From contig JASTWF010000033.1 of NCBI GenBank assembly GCA_030390025.1, positions 6,574,001 to 6,638,000 on the forward strand: 64,000 nt of DNA, written 5' to 3'. Shown piece after piece: positions 60,301 through 64,000 of the stretch. Source of the DNA: Squalus acanthias (lineage: Eukaryota). The stretch's first letter is position 1, and every line of letters begins with the position of its first letter. The position numbers and the translations under genes were made by a program. A model generated the notes under the pieces. That model had not been told where the DNA came from. It did no database searches and worked only from the letters and a program-made list of their open reading frames with translations.

Positions 60301-63300
60301 AGTTTGCTCGGCTGTAATAGTTTGAGGAGTTGTATTAGTTTGAGGGGCTGTATTAGATCGATGTGCTGTATCAGATTCAGGGGGTGTATTAGATTGAGGG
60401 GCTGTATTAGTTTGAGGGGCTGTATTAGTTTCGCAGGCTGTATTAGATTGAGGGGCTGTATTAGATTCAGGGGCTGTATTAGATTCACGGTCTGTATTAG
60501 ATTGAGGGGCTGTATTAGTTTGAGGGGCTGTATTAGTTTCGCAGGCTGTATTAGATTGAGGGGCTGTATTAGATTCAGGGGCTGTATTAGATTCACGGTC
60601 TGTATTAGATTGAGGGGCTGTATTAGTTTGAGGGTCTGTATTAGTTTGAGGTACTGTATTAGATTGAGTGGCTGTAACATTTTGCGGGGCTGTATTAGCT
60701 TGAGGGACTGTTTCAGTTTGAGGGGCTGTGTTATTTTGAGAACCTGTTTTAGTTTGACGGTGTTATAGTTTGAGGTGCTGTACCAGTCTGAGGGGTTGAA
60801 TTAGTTTCAGGGGCTGTATTATTTTAAGGGGCCTTATCAGTTTGAGGGTTTATATTAGTTTGAAGGGCTGCATTAGTTTGAGGGCTTTCTTAATTTGAGG
60901 GGCTGTATTAGTTTGTGGTACTGTATTAGTTTGAGGGGCTGTATTATTTGAGGTACTCTATTAGATTGAGGAGCTGTTATAGTTTGAGCGTCTGTATTAG
61001 TTTGAGGGACTGTATTCGTTTGAGGGGCTGTATTAGTTTGAGGGTCTGTATTAGTTTGAGAGACTGTATTAGATTGAGGGGCTGTATTAGTTCAAGTGGC
61101 TGTGTTAGTTTCGGGAGTGTATTAGTTTGTGGGACTGTATTAGATTGAGGGGCTGTATTAGTTTCGGGTATGTATTAGTTTGTGGGACTGAATTAGATTG
61201 AGGGGCTGTATTAGTTTGAGGGTCTGTATTAGTTTGTGGGACTGTATTAGATTGAGGGGCTGTGTTAGATTGAGAGTCTGTATTAGTTTGTGGGACTGTA
61301 TTAGATTGAGGGGCTGTAATAGTTTCGGGTGTGTATTAGTTTGTGGGACTGTATTAGATTGAAGGGCTGTATTAGTTTCGGGTGTGTATTAGTTTGAGTG
61401 GCTGTATTAGTTTCGGGTGTGTATTAGTTTGAGGGGCTGTATTAGTTTGAAGACCTGTATTAATTTGATGGGCTGTGTTTCTTCGAAATGCTGTATTAGT
61501 TTGACGTTGTGTTAGTTTGAGGGGCTGTATTAGTTTGAGGGGCTGTATTAGCTTGAAGAGCTGTATTAGCTTGAGGGGGTGTATTAGTTTGAGGGGCTGT
61601 ATTAGCTTGAGGGGATGTATTAGTTTGAGGGGCTGTATTAGCTTGAGGGGCTGTATTAGTTTGAGGGGGTGTATTAGTTTGAGGGGGTGTATTAGTTTGA
61701 GGGGCTGTATTAGTTTGAGGGGGTGTATTAGTTTGAGGGGCTGTATTAGCTTGAAGGGCTGTATTAGTTTGAGGGGGTGTATTAGTTTGAGGGGGTGTAT
61801 TAGTTTGAGGGGCTGTATTAGTTTGAGGGGATGTATTATTTGAGGGGCTGTATTAGTTTGAGGGGATGTCTTAGATTGAGGGGCTGTATTAGTTTCGGGT
61901 GTGTATAAGTTTGAGGGGCTGTATTAGTTTGAGGGGATGTATTAGCTTGAGGGGCTGTATTAGCTTGAGGGGGTGTATTAGTTTGAGGGGGTTTATTAGT
62001 TTGAGGGGCTGTATTAGATTGAGGGGCTGTATTACTTTGAAGACCTGTATTAATTTGAGGGGCTGTGTTTGTTCGAGATGCTGTATTAGTTTGACGTTGT
62101 GTTAGTTTGAGGGGCTGTATTAGTTTGAGGGGCTGTATTAGCTTGAGGGGGTGTATTAGTATGAGGGACTGTATTAGTTTGAGGGGGTTTATTAGTATGA
62201 GGGGGTGTATTAGTTTGAGGGGGTGTATTAGTTTGAGGGGCTGTATTAGTTTGAGGTGCTGTATTAGTTTGAGGGGCTGTATTAGCTTGAGGGGCTGTAT
62301 TAGTTTGAGGGGCTATATTAGTATGAGGGGCTGTATTAGTTTGAGGTACTGTATTAGTTTGAGGGGATGTATTAGTTTGAGGGGCTATATTAGTTTGAGG
62401 GGCTGTATTAGTTTGAGGGGCTGTATTAGTATGAGGGGCTGTATTAGCTTGAGGGGCTGTATTAGTTTGAGGGGCTATATTAGTATGAGGGGCTGTATTA
62501 GTTTGAGGTACTGTATTAGTTTGAGGGGATGTATTAGTTTGAGGGGCTATATTAGTTTGAGGGGATGTATTAGTTTGAGGGGCTCTATTACTTTGAAGAC
62601 CTGTATTAATTTGAGGGGCTGTGTTTGTTTGAGGGGCTGTATTAGATTGAGGAGCTGTATTAGCTTGAGGGGTGTATTAGTTTGAGGGGCTCTATTACTT
62701 TGAAGACCTGTATTAATTTGAGGGGCTGTATTAGATTGAGGGGCTCTATTACTTTGAAGACCTGTATTAATTTGAGGGGCTGTGTTTGTTCGAAATGCTG
62801 TATTAGTTAGACTTTTTTTTAGTTTGAGGGGCTGTCTTAGCTTGAGGAGCTGTATTAGCTTGAGGGGTGTATTAGTTTGAGGGGGTGTATTAGTTTGAGG
62901 GGATGTATGAGTTTGAGGGGCTGTATTAGCTTGAGGGGCTGTATTAGTTTGAGGGGGTGTATTAGTTTGAGGGGATGTATGAGTTTGAGGGGCTGTATTA
63001 GCTTGAGGGGCTGTATTAGTTTGAGGGGCTGTATTAGTTTGAGGGGCTGTATTAGTTTGAGGGGATGTATGAGTTTGAGGGGCTGTATTAGCTTGAGGGG
63101 CTGTATTAGTTTGTGGGGCTGTATTAGTTTGAGGGGCTGTATTAGTTTGAGGGGCTGTATTAGTTTGAGGGGATGTATGAGTTTGAGGGGCTGTATTAGC
63201 TTGAGGGGCTGTATTAGTTTGAGGGGGTGTATTAGTTTGAGGGAGTGTATTAGCTTGAGGGACTGTTTTAGTTTGAGGGGGTGTATTAGTTTGAGGGGCT

Positions 63301-64000
63301 GTATTAGTTTGAGGGGGTGTATTAGTTTGAGGGGGTGTATTAGTTTGAGGGGCTGTATTAGTTTGAGGTGCTGTATTAGCTTGAGGGGCTGTATTAGTTT
63401 GAGGGTGTGTATTATTTTGAGGGGCTGTATTAGTTTGAGGGGATGTATTAGCTTGAGGGGCTGTATTAGTTTGAGGGGGTGTATTAGTTTGAGGGGGTGT
63501 ATTAGTTTGAGGGGCTGTATTAGTTTGAGGGGGTGTATTAGTTTGAGGGGCTGTATTAGCTTGAAGGGCTGTATTAGTTTGAGGGGGTGTATTAGTTTGA
63601 GGGGGTGTATTAGTTTGAGGGGCTGTATTAGTTTGAGGGGATGTATTATTTGAGGGGCTGTATTAGTTTGAGGGGATGTCTTAGATTGAGGGGCTGTATT
63701 AGTTTCGGGTGTGTATAAGTTTGAGGGGCTGTATTAGATTGAGGGGCTGTATTACTTTGAAGACCTGTATTAATTTGAGGGGCTGTGTTTGTTCGAGATG
63801 CTGTATTAGTTTGACGTTGTGTTAGTTTGAGGGGCTGTATTACTTTGAGGGTCTGTATTAGCTTGAGGAGCTGTATTAGCTTGAGGGGTGTATTAGTTTG
63901 AGGGGGTGTATTAGTTTGAGGGGATGTATGAGTTTGAGGGGCTGTATTAGCTTGAGGGGCTGTATTAGTTTGAGGGGGTGTATTAGTTTGAGGGGATGTA
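54335..64000. repeat. Satellite: 18-bp GAGGGGCTGTATTAGTTT with a 17-bp variant CAGGGGCTTATTAGTTT; runs off the window
   Basis: Direct periodicity over more than 9 kb, interrupted only by one CR1. Confidence 0.98.
54487..56160 (-). mobile_element. Young 5'-truncated CR1 inserted in the satellite
   Basis: ORFs 55626..56144 and 54585..55592 are in the same frame, separated by a single TGA. Short tandem 3' tail at ~54486-54510. Confidence 0.95.

Noticed and set aside
56727..63653. (LRGCIS)n and (PQTNTA)n ORFs as LRR-, mucin- or antifreeze-like proteins
   Set aside because: These are translations of an 18-bp satellite with frequent stops and frameshifts and no gene structure.

Overview
Repeat-dominated vertebrate DNA, most likely from a cartilaginous fish (shark). 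This is inferred from the CR1, Penelope and DeuSINE families and the GPR139-like receptor type, not from a database search. It holds no prokaryotic genes, CRISPR arrays, rRNA or tRNA. Main contents: (1) A nearly intact autonomous PIF/Harbinger transposon at 1313-5568, with 12-bp TIRs and an ATA target-site duplication. It carries an intact DDE transposase and a convergent three-exon Myb/SANT partner gene broken only by one extra G in a G12 run. An 893-bp deletion derivative and a decayed inverted relative also occur. (2) An intact GPR139-like GPCR main exon at 50993-51888 with two homologous promoter + first-exon cassettes, 2 kb and 25.7 kb upstream, both splice-phase compatible. (3) Penelope-like elements whose terminal repeats carry minimal hammerhead ribozyme motifs. 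(4) A 2.8-kb 33-bp array grown from inside one DeuSINE, and a >9.6-kb 17/18-bp satellite. (5) Many nested CR1 and L2 LINE fragments.
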